Positions 38,055 through 48,489 are shown, counted from the stretch's first letter. The stretch: 64,000 bases of DNA from Thermoplasmata archaeon (GCA_021792255.1 JAJYUZ010000001.1:96001-160000); one strand, 5' to 3'. Numbers and translations are program-made. Notes: generated from the letters alone by a model not told the origin.

Positions 38055-38930
38055 GTGAGAAATATTCTGGACGATGAATTTGTACTTCAAATGGAGGAAT
38101 CTCCTCCATTCAGCTGGATTAAGCAAAGTCCTGACAGATTCATGAATTGTAAGCTGAACAGGAGAATTGATTCCCTCATCGTCAACGCCACTGGCAACTC
38201 TTTCGTCATAGCAGAAATGGTGAAAGACATTCTCGGGCCAGAAAGGGTCAGGGTCGAAAAAACATTTTCACTTTCTGAAAGGGAACCCAATTGTATTATC
38301 ACTTATTCGGGTGAATTCAGAGATGCAATTAATGCTCTCGAGCGAGCCGAAAATAAGGGAATAATCATTTCGTCTGGAGGAATAATAAAGAATCTTGCAA
38401 GAAAGAAAGGCTGGGATTATATTCCCCTCCCAAAAGGATACCCAACGAGGTTTTTGTTTCCCGAGATATTCGGCTGTTTGCTCTCACTGCTTGGAAACCG
38501 TCCAGATTTCTCAAAATTAGGTGATCACCTTGAAAGTAACGCACCTTCTCAGATTACAGTCAAAAATGAGGCAAAACAGCTTGCACTGGCGCTCGCAAAA
38601 GAACCAATTTCGATCATATACGACCAGCGCTCTGAAGGGCTTGCAAGAGGATTTAATAAGATATTTCAGTCTAATTCTGGAATTGAATTTGATCTCGTAG
38701 ACGTAAGCGATCCGAAGGATTCTATGAATAGTGAACTGGGCAAGAATTCGGTCATCTCTTTCGCGAAAGATGACGAAACGCACGTGGGATGGAATGTAGG
38801 GAATTTCCCATACCCCTGTGACAGTTTGGTCGATTACGTGAAAAATGTATTGACGGGTCAGCTAGCATCTTTATATTTAGGTATCTCACACTCTATTGCG
38901 ATAGAACTTTTAGACCGAGAGTTGGAATAG
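38055..38930 (+). CDS. SIS-domain protein resembling bifunctional phosphoglucose/phosphomannose isomerase (degenerate)
   Basis: ITYSGE, ISSGG, LPKGYPTR, NEAKQLA and C-terminal LASLYLG follow the PGI/PMI layout. Catalytic motifs are altered. Confidence 0.65.
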   Translation: MRNILDDEFVLQMEESPPFSWIKQSPDRFMNCKLNRRIDSLIVNATGNSFVIAEMVKDILGPERVRVEKTFSLSEREPNCIITYSGEFRDAINALERAENKGIIISSGGIIKNLARKKGWDYIPLPKGYPTRFLFPEIFGCLLSLLGNRPDFSKLGDHLESNAPSQITVKNEAKQLALALAKEPISIIYDQRSEGLARGFNKIFQSNSGIEFDLVDVSDPKDSMNSELGKNSVISFAKDDETHVGWNVGNFPYPCDSLVDYVKNVLTGQLASLYLGISHSIAIELLDRELE

Positions 38931-38999
38931 TGGAAATATTTTATAGCGACCGGTAAGCGGATTAAAAATTTATATCAACGGAATGAATCAATATACATA

Positions 39000-39362
39000 A
39001 TGTCAACTGAATCAATCTATGAACTCCTGGACGAATATTCTAAGAACCCCTACGTTGAAAGCACCGTGCTTATGTCTAAGGTTGGTGAGCCGATAGCAAG
39101 TAATGAATCCAACAAGCTGGAACTGCAGATTTTTGCCCCCCTCGCAAGTCTGACTTACGAAGGTGCACAGGAACTGGCGAGTACAGCCGGACATAATTTC
39201 CGTCAGCTAAACCTGGAAATGAGCAACGGTAGTCAAATAGTCATCAGATCTCTAAAAGAGAAGTTCCTTCTGGCTGTTCACGTTCATAAGTACGACGACA
39301 GGGTCAGAGATGAGATAGAATCTCTGGGGAATAAGGTCTCAGAATCTGTGTACCTCCTATAA
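39000..39362 (+). CDS. Roadblock/LC7 domain protein
   Basis: V...VLMSKVGEPIAS...FAPLAS...GAQEL...QLNLE.SNG.IVI...LLAV fits the roadblock fold pattern. Confidence 0.8.
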   Translation: MSTESIYELLDEYSKNPYVESTVLMSKVGEPIASNESNKLELQIFAPLASLTYEGAQELASTAGHNFRQLNLEMSNGSQIVIRSLKEKFLLAVHVHKYDDRVRDEIESLGNKVSESVYLL

Positions 39363-39447
39363 AATGATATTTTGCGAGTAAAAAAATAGATCAATAATTT
39401 AACCAAGTTCCTAGAGCAATTCTTGTGGAAATAATGTGGAAAACCTT

Positions 39448-39497
39448 AATATCTAAATTAGATATCTATCACCGATATCTGAAATAGATATCGGTGA
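39448..39497. promoter_or_regulatory. Operator array: four (G/A)ATATC boxes at 13-bp spacing, including a perfect 12-bp inverted repeat
   Basis: AATATC at 39448, then GATATC at 39461, 39474 and 39487. TCACCGATATCT-GAAAT-AGATATCGGTGA spans 39469-39497. Directly upstream of a PadR gene. Confidence 0.8.
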
Positions 39498-39542
39498 AAA
39501 GGAACGAGGCACTACGAAGATGGTGATTGGAGACTCGGGCGT

Positions 39543-39986
39543 ATGGGGGTCATGGGATCTGGAATGGGCAAGTTTAGGGGATTTGGCCTGAGGTACTGGG
39601 TACTCAGCATATTATCAGGTGAGCCTTCGACGGGATCGATGATAATGGATAAGATAGAAGGAATTTCGATGGGCCACTGGAGACCTTCTCCCGGTCACGT
39701 ATACCCGCTTCTTAATAGTCTTACTACGGAAGGTTACCTAACTGTCGAAAGTCGCGAAGGGAAGAAATACTACTCTCTGACCAGTAAGGGTATAGAAATC
39801 ATTGAAAGAAGCTGGTTCCCTTGGCGAACAGTTGGAGGGTTTCCAGGCTTCAATGGACTTGAAGATGCACTCAAAAACATTGAGATACTAGCGGATTACA
39901 TCCTTGACAACAAAGAGAAAGCGACCGCCAACGATGAATTTCGAGATAGGATAAAGAAAGTGTTAGAACGGCTCAGTTCTATGTAA
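39543..39986 (+). CDS. PadR family transcriptional regulator
   Basis: GLRYWVLSIL, WRPSPGHVYPLL..L..EG, KKYYSLTSKG. Confidence 0.92.
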   Translation: MGVMGSGMGKFRGFGLRYWVLSILSGEPSTGSMIMDKIEGISMGHWRPSPGHVYPLLNSLTTEGYLTVESREGKKYYSLTSKGIEIIERSWFPWRTVGGFPGFNGLEDALKNIEILADYILDNKEKATANDEFRDRIKKVLERLSSM

Positions 39987-40146
39987 GTTTGCATTTTTTC
40001 GTATTATTTTGGTAGATTTTTGCATAGAAAATTCAATTAAGTAAAGGAAGCGTGATTTTGACTGTAGACGACTTTTTTTTGCAATTCTGAATTTTCAAAA
40101 TTGACAGGCAAGGAGGGGGGGAATTGAATTGATAACCACCGAGAAT

Positions 40147-40776
40147 CTAGATCCTCTTAAAACCTCTTTTTGTGTAGTCCTTGCTCAGTTTAAGATAAAG
40201 TCTGACCTGGCCATAAGAAGTCAAATCAACGCCTCCCGTCTTCACCTGACTATTCAGAATGGCTTTTCTGATCGATTCTCCATCCGACGCATCCACTTCC
40301 ATGAATACTCTACCAATTTCGTCATAAAAGTGAGAATCGCTTCCGGCTGTGATGGGTCTTCTCAATCTTTCTGCCATTTTTTGTCCTTCCAAGTTGCACT
40401 TTGTTCTGCACCTACCATTTTTACTCTCAATAGCATCGTAAATATTCTTGAATTTTGCTCCTATTCCGTTTACAGTTCTAAAAGGATGTGCACATATAGC
40501 TATTCCATTTCTATCGTGAATGATATCAACAGTCTCTTCTTGACTTAGTTTTGAGGGTATCTCACCATCAACGAACAATGCTAGAATGTGGCCGTCGATC
40601 GACGTAACTTCTTCTGCTCCGATAACGAGTAAGTCCCCTTTGTGTTCTATAAATTTGTTGTGGTCTGAAATTGCAATGAAATCCAGATTCCGTTTCTTTG
40701 CTGTTTTTATAATCTGATCTATTTCCAATCTTGAATCGGGAGAATACTTGGAATGAATATGGACGTCTCCTCTCAT
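40147..40776 (-). CDS. PHP domain metal-dependent phosphoesterase
   Basis: DVHIHSKYSPD, ISDHN, GHIL, AHPF, GSDSH. Confidence 0.9.
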   Translation of the reverse strand: MRGDVHIHSKYSPDSRLEIDQIIKTAKKRNLDFIAISDHNKFIEHKGDLLVIGAEEVTSIDGHILALFVDGEIPSKLSQEETVDIIHDRNGIAICAHPFRTVNGIGAKFKNIYDAIESKNGRCRTKCNLEGQKMAERLRRPITAGSDSHFYDEIGRVFMEVDASDGESIRKAILNSQVKTGGVDLTSYGQVRLYLKLSKDYTKRGFKRI

Positions 40777-42875
40777 TTGACTCTTAAACCCTCTTTTGGG
40801 GATCCATCTAAGACGAGTTTTCCATTTTGTATCTCTAAGAACAACTGTCGATCATCAAGAAAGAGAGCAGGAACGGTACACGAGTCACTTCTTACGGTCT
40901 TAATACTGAATTTCCTAAATTCTTCAATCGAAATCTCCGTTGAAGTGATCTGCATATCTCCGATCTTTACTTCTTCTCCAATACTTGCGGAATCCGGAGC
41001 TATTACGAGATGAATTCCGTTCTCGTCTTCAGCAGCCAATAGCATACCATATGATTTCTCTCCCCTTATTTCGGCTTGCTTTAGATTTGTGACCACAACT
41101 ATATTCTTGCCAATCAGTGCATCTTTACTATAACTGTTCTTTATTCCACTCACAATCCGTCTTTTGCTATCGCCAAGATCCAAGTCTAGGAGGTAGAGTC
41201 TCTCAGCGTTAGGGTGATCCGTAACACCTTCGACTCTAGCGATTTGCAATTTTAGGTTCAACTCTTTGTCCTCAATTTTTTCGAACAACTTCTCCGGCTT
41301 GGTCGTAAGTTTCAAAACAGGGAAATTCAGACCTTCACTTATCTCTACTGGGTGCTCGTAACCCAACCAAGACAGTATCTTCTTTGATGTATCCGGTAAA
41401 AAGATCTGTCCCAATACAGCCAACGCGAAGACGAGCTTGGCTCCGGTATAGATCGCTGCATTGCAGTTGGCATCGTCCTTCTTGCAGGCTTCCCAAGGTT
41501 TTCTCTTTGTTACGTAGCTGTTGCCAAAATATGCAAGGTCGAGCCAGACCCTAAACGCATTTCTGATGTGTACTGAGTTCATCTCGTTAATCATACTGGA
41601 TATGGAATTCCCGATCGTCCTCTCAGCTTCTAGATCGAGGTCATTCTGAGCTATTTGGTCCGCTGTGACAGTGCCCTTCTTGAAGGCCAATATTAACGCT
41701 CTGTTTACGAAGTTTCCGAACTTGTCAATGAGTTCAGTGTTGACCCTATTTTGAAATTCTTCTATGGAGAAATCTGAATCATGATCTTCAGGAAGATTAT
41801 AGAGCACTCCAAACCTTATGTACTCCGCTTTGTATTTCTCAAGCATCTGGAGCATTGAGAACCCTGTCCCCTTGCTCTTAGAAAACTTCTCTCCCTGAAA
41901 GTTAAGATACTCATTTGCAGCAATATAGTATGGTAGTGTCATGTCTCCGTGGGCGAGCAACATGCCCGGCCAAATTATGGAGTGGAAGGCAATATTATCC
42001 TTGCCCATGAAATGGTAGTGCTTGATCTCTTTATCTTTCCACAGTGCGAGCGCTTCTTTTTGACTACCAAGAACTTCAGACACACCCGTCAAGTAACCTA
42101 TAAGCGCTTCGAACCAGACATAAACCTTCTTCTGTTCATATCCTTCAAAGGGGGCGTCAACGCCCCAACTCAGATCCCTGGTAATCGGTCTATCTTTGAG
42201 CCCTTTTGATATGAAATTCCTTGAGTAGTTTAGTACATTCTGCCTCCAAGCATCCCTTGACTCTATGTACTTGAGGAGTTCATCCTGAAGCTTGGACAGC
42301 TTGAAAAAGAGGTGTTTCGTCTGCCTAAACTCCGGTGTAGTCTGGTCAAAGATACAGATTGGATTTATCAGTTCATTTGGTTCGAGGGTTTGTCCACAAT
42401 TTTCACACTGATCGCCCGTAGCAGATTCATATCCACAATTAGGACACTTCCCCTTTACGTATCGATCTGCTAGGAATAGATTTTCCTTCACACAGAATGG
42501 CTGTGTCATTTCGGCTTCAAAGATGTATCCATTCGCCATTAAGACTTTCAAAAAGTCAGCAGTTATCTCTTTGTGGAGTTTGGATGAGGTTTCAATATAT
42601 GCATCGAATTCGATGCTCATTCTATTGAATATTTCGAGGTTAATTTTGTGGTACTTCTTCGCAATATCTTCTGGAGATATTCCTTCACGTATTGCCTTGA
42701 TGGTGATTGGGGTACCGTGCTCATCACTCCCAGAGGCAGAAATGACTTCGAACCCTCTCAGTTTCAAGTATCTTCTAAACACGTCGTACGGGAGATAAGC
42801 TCCTGCAATATGACCGAGATGAAGCCCGCTATTAGCGTAAGGTAATGCTACAAATACAAAGAATTTCCCTTTCAC
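40773..42875 (-). CDS. metG: Methionine--tRNA ligase with C-terminal tRNA-binding domain
   Basis: ALPYAN..LHLGH, GSDEHG, Zn knuckles, YVWFEA, KFSKS, HPNAERL. Confidence 0.96.
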   Translation of the reverse strand: MKGKFFVFVALPYANSGLHLGHIAGAYLPYDVFRRYLKLRGFEVISASGSDEHGTPITIKAIREGISPEDIAKKYHKINLEIFNRMSIEFDAYIETSSKLHKEITADFLKVLMANGYIFEAEMTQPFCVKENLFLADRYVKGKCPNCGYESATGDQCENCGQTLEPNELINPICIFDQTTPEFRQTKHLFFKLSKLQDELLKYIESRDAWRQNVLNYSRNFISKGLKDRPITRDLSWGVDAPFEGYEQKKVYVWFEALIGYLTGVSEVLGSQKEALALWKDKEIKHYHFMGKDNIAFHSIIWPGMLLAHGDMTLPYYIAANEYLNFQGEKFSKSKGTGFSMLQMLEKYKAEYIRFGVLYNLPEDHDSDFSIEEFQNRVNTELIDKFGNFVNRALILAFKKGTVTADQIAQNDLDLEAERTIGNSISSMINEMNSVHIRNAFRVWLDLAYFGNSYVTKRKPWEACKKDDANCNAAIYTGAKLVFALAVLGQIFLPDTSKKILSWLGYEHPVEISEGLNFPVLKLTTKPEKLFEKIEDKELNLKLQIARVEGVTDHPNAERLYLLDLDLGDSKRRIVSGIKNSYSKDALIGKNIVVVTNLKQAEIRGEKSYGMLLAAEDENGIHLVIAPDSASIGEEVKIGDMQITSTEISIEEFRKFSIKTVRSDSCTVPALFLDDRQLFLEIQNGKLVLDGSPKEGLRVK

Positions 42876-42940
42876 TCCCGTTGATAAAAGATAGTATATT
42901 AAAGCTTCAGGAAAGAAACCAGAATAAAAAAAAGAAAAAA

Positions 42941-43321
42941 TTAATGGGTCTTGAGACCCAGCTTGCTCACGTTTCTATGGTAGCCATTTGCGTACGTAGC
43001 GTATGAGTAACTGATTGCAGCTATCACCGCAGTCGTTATCGCCAGATAGAGGAACATCCTTTGTCCTCCAGCCAATACAACGACCGTATACACCATTGCC
43101 AGACCAGCACCAAGATAGACGAATGGAATAGCTCTCACTATCTTGTTCACCGAGTTAGACAGCAGGAGGTAAGAAGCCATCGAATATGCTAAGAAGGCAA
43201 ATGATGTATAGAGCACTGCCTGCAGTATTCCATTAGCAACCTGGAAGACGTAGACTACCAAGAGAAGCGAAGCAAGAAATCCAAACAGACCGGAAGCCAG
43301 TCTGAACCCTTTCTTCTCCAT
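42941..43321 (-). CDS. Hypothetical membrane protein (about 4 TM segments)
   Basis: Four hydrophobic stretches. Starts 2 nt after the ftsZ stop. Confidence 0.7.
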   Translation of the reverse strand: MEKKGFRLASGLFGFLASLLLVVYVFQVANGILQAVLYTSFAFLAYSMASYLLLSNSVNKIVRAIPFVYLGAGLAMVYTVVVLAGGQRMFLYLAITTAVIAAISYSYATYANGYHRNVSKLGLKTH

Positions 43322-43323
43322 CT

Positions 43324-44415
43324 CTACATCACCGAGTCAATTTCTGCATCCAATCCCCTTGCTCCTTTTATGGCAACACCCTTGGAGGAGCTAAGGAAAT
43401 AAGGAGAGTTAACGCCCGTGAGGACTACAAGTACCTTGAACTCTCCTACGAGAGTAGGGTCCACAGAAGCCCCCCAAACTATTCTAGCCATTGGATTCAC
43501 TCTTTCTTGGACCATTCTGACGGCAGTCTCTGCCTGAGAAACGGTCATATCTTCTCCGCCCACGATTCTAACGAGTGCGCCTTTCGTGGTGGAGATATCT
43601 GCCTCGATCAGAGGGGACGAAATAGCTTCTGTAACGGCCTCTTCGACCGTCGCTTTACCGCCAGTACTTTCGCCGATTCCTATCATCGCGACTCCGCCTT
43701 CCTTCATTACTGTTTGAATGTCGGAGTAGTCTAGATTCACCAGTCCAGGCTTAGTGATAATCTCGGTCAATCCCTTTAGGGACTCCATGAGTATTTCGTC
43801 TGCGACCTTGAACGCTTGATCTAATGGTAACCTTGGAACAATTTCCAACAGCTTGTCGTTGGGTATTACGATTGTTGTATCTGAAACCTTCCTCAGTTTT
43901 TCGATTCCATAAATTGCGTTATCCATCCTAACTCTTCCCTCTGCAGCAAAAGGCAGGGTAACTATGCTTATCACTAGAGACTTCTGGTGCTTTGCAACTT
44001 CAGCAACGACGGGCGCGACTCCTGTTCCTGTACCACCGCCCATCCCTGAAGTGACGAAGACAATTTCAGAGTTCCCGAGTGAGGATTGAATATCATCGTA
44101 GTCCTCGCGCGCAGCCTCTTCTCCAATCTGAGGAATAGCTCCAGCTCCAAGTCCTCTAGTCGTTCTTTTTCCAACAAGTATCTTCCTGTTGGCCTGAACA
44201 GTTAGCAAATGTGGGGCGTCTGTGTTCATGGCTATCAACTCGGCACCAAATATCCCAGATTTGGCACAGCGGTTCACGGTATTGGTTCCTGCTCCACCAC
44301 AACCCACGATTTTTATGTTCACCTTCATCGATTCTACGATTTTTGCTAGTTCTTCATCATCCGGAGATATGAAGTTTCTCTGACCTTGATTAAAGTAATC
44401 GTTTGGCATAATCAT
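43324..44415 (-). CDS. ftsZ: Cell division protein FtsZ
   Basis: [40 protein letters not shown] (T7), WGA. Confidence 0.97.
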   Translation of the reverse strand: MIMPNDYFNQGQRNFISPDDEELAKIVESMKVNIKIVGCGGAGTNTVNRCAKSGIFGAELIAMNTDAPHLLTVQANRKILVGKRTTRGLGAGAIPQIGEEAAREDYDDIQSSLGNSEIVFVTSGMGGGTGTGVAPVVAEVAKHQKSLVISIVTLPFAAEGRVRMDNAIYGIEKLRKVSDTTIVIPNDKLLEIVPRLPLDQAFKVADEILMESLKGLTEIITKPGLVNLDYSDIQTVMKEGGVAMIGIGESTGGKATVEEAVTEAISSPLIEADISTTKGALVRIVGGEDMTVSQAETAVRMVQERVNPMARIVWGASVDPTLVGEFKVLVVLTGVNSPYFLSSSKGVAIKGARGLDAEIDSVM

Positions 44416-44462
44416 ACGTATGTCTGACGACCTATTTATAGTTTTCTTAATATTCTACGCAT

Positions 44463-45233
44463 TTACCGTTTTTCCAAGTCGTCTGACCCGAAGAAGATTT
44501 TCTGCAAAAAGTTATAAATGTCCTCCAGTCCTTCTTCCGATTCTGATGACGAAAAAATGCTCTCACCCAATATATTGAGGCTTTCACTACTCTCCAAAAT
44601 TGCTTCAGACAGTTGAACGTTCAATGTTGCCGACTGTGCTCTGAGATCGGTGATCAATTCGTTCTTGTTCCTATTCCATCTTGCAATCCTTTTCTTTTCT
44701 TCAGGCTCTAACAAATCAGTTTTCGATACCACGGTCAGAAATGGTAAGTAAAATCTGGTCATAACACTCATTGCAAGGAACCTGGAAGAAACATAGGATT
44801 CTGGGGTTTTCACCAGAACAGAGTCTAACAGGTACACAATAGTGTTAGATTCAGCACCTAGCGTATCGACCAATTGGGTCGAGGAACTCCTGAAAGCAAA
44901 AAGTTCTAACTGTCCCGGGGTGTCGATCAAGATATAGTCTGAGTCGTAGGAATCTATCAGTTCTTTGATCCTTTCAGCTTCCTGGATCATTAGGTCAGCC
45001 GCAACAATTTGGGCGCCATTTGGTCCAAGATTGTAGTTTTGCATCACGCTCTCCAGAGAAACTGTCTCCCTGATATCTATGTCTGGGGTGTACGGAAGAA
45101 ACTCTGCCCCGGGGTCTAAATTCACCGTGATTGCATCGTAATTCATGTTTTCCATCCATTCTTTGAATGAGTTGACCAGGCTCGACTTACCCGATCCTGC
45201 AGTTCCTACGAAATATACTCTAGGTATCATCAA
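44463..45233 (-). CDS. GPN-loop GTPase
   Basis: GTAGSGKS, NLDPG, LGPNGA, DTPGQLE, SKTD. Confidence 0.93.
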   Translation of the reverse strand: MMIPRVYFVGTAGSGKSSLVNSFKEWMENMNYDAITVNLDPGAEFLPYTPDIDIRETVSLESVMQNYNLGPNGAQIVAADLMIQEAERIKELIDSYDSDYILIDTPGQLELFAFRSSSTQLVDTLGAESNTIVYLLDSVLVKTPESYVSSRFLAMSVMTRFYLPFLTVVSKTDLLEPEEKKRIARWNRNKNELITDLRAQSATLNVQLSEAILESSESLNILGESIFSSSESEEGLEDIYNFLQKIFFGSDDLEKR

Positions 45234-48200
45234 AGTCCTCCAGTGTTTTGAAGTTATTGTCCCTTGCCTCGAAAATTGAATTTACAGACTCTCTCATTAT
45301 CTTTATTCTCTGCCTTATGTAGTTGCTTACCTCATACTTGTTTGTGATGTCATAACTTGTGTCGAGATACTTTGTGATGTTCCCGCGATGAACAGTTCCT
45401 ATCAGTTTGGTCCCACACTTTCTGCACTTTCCTGAGATGGGCAATCTCCTGTATATTTGGTTACAGCTGGTACACCTGAAAGTTTGAGAACCGAACTTAT
45501 TGAGATTTCCCATGATGTCCGGAATGAAATGAGACTTGAGGATTCTCTCGGCCATGTCTGAAGCATCGACAGCCCTCAACTTACGTGCTAGGTCGAGAGT
45601 GATCTCAAGTTTTTCTTCCATGCTGGGAATACTCTTGTAGCTGGAACTTAGAGTCCCAAGATTTATGGACGGAGTGTCATCGGTGAATTGACATTTTGGA
45701 AACGATTCCCCATCCTTGACCCTCATTCCGGTCGTTATTACGTATTTTGTAATTTCAGATGGATCCGGGAATGTTGCGGTCATCTCTAGCAGTTCTAATG
45801 GGTATTCCCCAGTTATATCGAGATTCAATGCTTCTTTGTCAATTTCGGTTGGGTCTATTCTTAGAGACAGAACCAGAGGTGCGTCCATCATGCTTCCTCT
45901 AGAGTTTGGTAAATAGTCCAGCGAGAAGTTCAACAATCCGTCCAAAAGTAGCATAATCGAATCCTCGTCTCCATCGCAGTTTCTTCTCTTGGCTGCGTGG
46001 AAGAAGGGATGAGCATAACATACATCTCCGTCGGTATACCCGATTATTCTACCTAGTATGCCTCCGGAAGTATGAGGCGCCAGCCCGATAATAAGAGCAC
46101 CTATGAGATCTTCCTTGCTTTTTGCTTCGTAAAATGGATTCAAAAAATAGAATTTCTGGAGGAGCTGGTCAATGTAATTTGATACTCGAAGAAGGTAATC
46201 TCCCGCCTTTTTGCTTGGAACGATGTCTTGGGGGAACAGCTCAACTATTTGGGTGACGTCGACCAGCTCATTCCCCCTGTAGTCTGAAGCATATCCGAGA
46301 ATCTTTGCCTTTTCAGTAGTCAAGCCTATCTCGTCAAGTCTAGCGTGTGTCAAGGGAACATCAGACATGTCGAATCGACACGTCCCATCCTTGAAGGGAT
46401 ATACCGAATTGATTGCCCTGAGTATTCCTTTCTCAATCGGTTCTGGCGTTTTGTGTGACGACGTCAAGCCCCTCACGCCATTGACCTTTTTTGGAATTGC
46501 TACAGATAGTTGATCCCCCTTAACGCGAAGCGACTCGGAAATGTTTATATCAAATTCTTTTGTCTTTCCAGTGGGAGTGGTGTGTGAGCCACACTTTTCA
46601 CAAATGTTTCTGAAAGAAATATTACCACACTCAGGACACTGTCTTACCTGCATTTCAGGGCCGAGTAGTTCGTTATACTGATTTAGGTCCCTTCTGTTCT
46701 TCTGTACATTCCCAATAGGGAATAATACATGAACCGGAGGATTCATCTTTCTCTCCTCCGCCTTTTCCGGTCTTCCCATCCTTGCTCCTATTCTAGTAGA
46801 TCCCTTCGGGTATATTGGAAATCCTGCAAGTGAATTTACGACCCCCATTACATCGCCTCCAGACATTTTTTTTGTGGGCGTTGGTTTACCATCTCTGACT
46901 TCAAACCCCAGAGGGACTAGCAAGCTCCTATAATTCTTTACTCTTATTTTGTCGTATAAATCGAATTCACAGAGAAGGTCAGATAGGAATCTCTTGCTGA
47001 AATCCGTAGCAGGCAATTCTAGCGAACCGTTATTGACTAAAGAATCATTTTCCAGTATTTCCGAAAAGAGCTGGAGGTCTTCCAAGCTTACGTCGTGCCA
47101 TAGATATGTAAAAGATGGGTGTAGAGGAATCTTGTGGACGAGTGACGCTTCAACCGCATCATTTTCGGAGCTGATTCCTGGGATGAATCCTACCTTTTTC
47201 AGGCAAATTTGTCTCCACCAGGATTCAGTAAACGCACCAGGAAAGATGACCTTATTATTTTCTATGAATTCACCGAAAGAGATCATAATTTCTCCAAGAT
47301 CGACTATTTCTCGTATCTTATCGCTTATCGCGTTGAACGATTGGGCGTCTTTAAGAGTGACAAGGCTTCCCGATTCTAGTAGGACTGTCGGACCCTCCAA
47401 ATTACTGTTGGCCACAACTGCGCCTGCTTTTCCAGGTCTTTCCATCTTTATTTGGGTACCCAATGCTATGAAATCGTCCAGTATCTTCATTGTAATCGGA
47501 TTTATTGCAACTGCGGCCAGGCCGGTATTTCTCGATCTTCCATATCTAAGTCTAAATCCACCTTTTCTCGATGGATATGACAAAGCAGGTCTACCCGCAA
47601 GCATTTCCTTTAGGTAGTTCGAATTGGGGGAGAGATTTTTTTCTTCCTTCTTCTCAGACGAGAAAGTCCAGCCTTCGAGACCAAAGGTTCTGACATACTT
47701 TTTGAGCTTTGGACCTTTCAATATAAGTCCTTCTGCTATGACTAGTGCCATTCCACCTCTTAACCTGTTAGTTTCGACGTCTGGAAGGTTCCGGTGTCCC
47801 GTAATTTCTGTTTCCTCTGTTCCCTCTCCAGTTATGCAAACGGGAGAACCAGCAACCGCTGTCTCAATCTCTTCTATCGTCGGGACATACTGAAGGTGTT
47901 GCACTCTAGCATACAAGGGAATTTCTTCCTTACAACGCTCGGTTTCTTCTCGGCTGGCAATGTACTTCCCAATCCCGAACTTTCTCCTGAGGAGATCACC
48001 AATGAAAACACTCAGTGCTTGCGCGGTTCCACCAGCACTACGAATAGGTCCAGAGTAGTAGATCGCAAGGAAAGAATCGCCACTTCGGTGTTTTATTTTG
48101 ACCCCAGTTATACCTTCAAGCGGTGCCACTAGAATCCCCTCAGTCAAAATCGCAAGGGCTACTCTTATTCCCTTTTCAATCCTAATCTCATCTGGTCCAT

Positions 48201-48456
48201 CGTAATTCTCTGAAACAGAAATAGCTGCTTCGATTGCTACTCTCTCCCTGTCGTACTTCTTAGAAAGATTTTTTATTATTTCTGATGCTTCAATACCAGT
48301 GAGTGCCTGAACCCTGCCGGCTAGGTCTTCGGCCTGGGGTACTTCCACTTTAGTTTCACAGTCTTTTCCCTGAGCTCTAGCCTTCCCGGCTATTTCGTAT
48401 TGGAGGCTCGACCTATTCTTAAGCGTTTTAAAATAGTTCTCGAGCTCTTCGGACAT
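45220..48456 (-). CDS. polC: DNA polymerase D large subunit DP2 (no intein)
   Basis: GPIRSAGGTAQA, GGFRLRYGRSR, RMGRPEK, KRRNCDGDEDS, and C-terminal Zn fingers. Confidence 0.97.
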   Translation of the reverse strand: MSEELENYFKTLKNRSSLQYEIAGKARAQGKDCETKVEVPQAEDLAGRVQALTGIEASEIIKNLSKKYDRERVAIEAAISVSENYDGPDEIRIEKGIRVALAILTEGILVAPLEGITGVKIKHRSGDSFLAIYYSGPIRSAGGTAQALSVFIGDLLRRKFGIGKYIASREETERCKEEIPLYARVQHLQYVPTIEEIETAVAGSPVCITGEGTEETEITGHRNLPDVETNRLRGGMALVIAEGLILKGPKLKKYVRTFGLEGWTFSSEKKEEKNLSPNSNYLKEMLAGRPALSYPSRKGGFRLRYGRSRNTGLAAVAINPITMKILDDFIALGTQIKMERPGKAGAVVANSNLEGPTVLLESGSLVTLKDAQSFNAISDKIREIVDLGEIMISFGEFIENNKVIFPGAFTESWWRQICLKKVGFIPGISSENDAVEASLVHKIPLHPSFTYLWHDVSLEDLQLFSEILENDSLVNNGSLELPATDFSKRFLSDLLCEFDLYDKIRVKNYRSLLVPLGFEVRDGKPTPTKKMSGGDVMGVVNSLAGFPIYPKGSTRIGARMGRPEKAEERKMNPPVHVLFPIGNVQKNRRDLNQYNELLGPEMQVRQCPECGNISFRNICEKCGSHTTPTGKTKEFDINISESLRVKGDQLSVAIPKKVNGVRGLTSSHKTPEPIEKGILRAINSVYPFKDGTCRFDMSDVPLTHARLDEIGLTTEKAKILGYASDYRGNELVDVTQIVELFPQDIVPSKKAGDYLLRVSNYIDQLLQKFYFLNPFYEAKSKEDLIGALIIGLAPHTSGGILGRIIGYTDGDVCYAHPFFHAAKRRNCDGDEDSIMLLLDGLLNFSLDYLPNSRGSMMDAPLVLSLRIDPTEIDKEALNLDITGEYPLELLEMTATFPDPSEITKYVITTGMRVKDGESFPKCQFTDDTPSINLGTLSSSYKSIPSMEEKLEITLDLARKLRAVDASDMAERILKSHFIPDIMGNLNKFGSQTFRCTSCNQIYRRLPISGKCRKCGTKLIGTVHRGNITKYLDTSYDITNKYEVSNYIRQRIKIMRESVNSIFEARDNNFKTLEDFDDT

Positions 48457-48489
48457 CGGAGTACTTATTTGATATTAGAATAAATAATT

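Noticed and set aside
45950-46000. Intein in DP2 at the KRRN/CDGDED site
   Set aside because: The motif is contiguous and the protein length (1078 aa) leaves no room for an intein.
46949-47617. 222-aa antisense ORF inside polC, and the many other antisense ORFs in the track
   Set aside because: These are shadow ORFs opposite well-supported genes, with no motifs.
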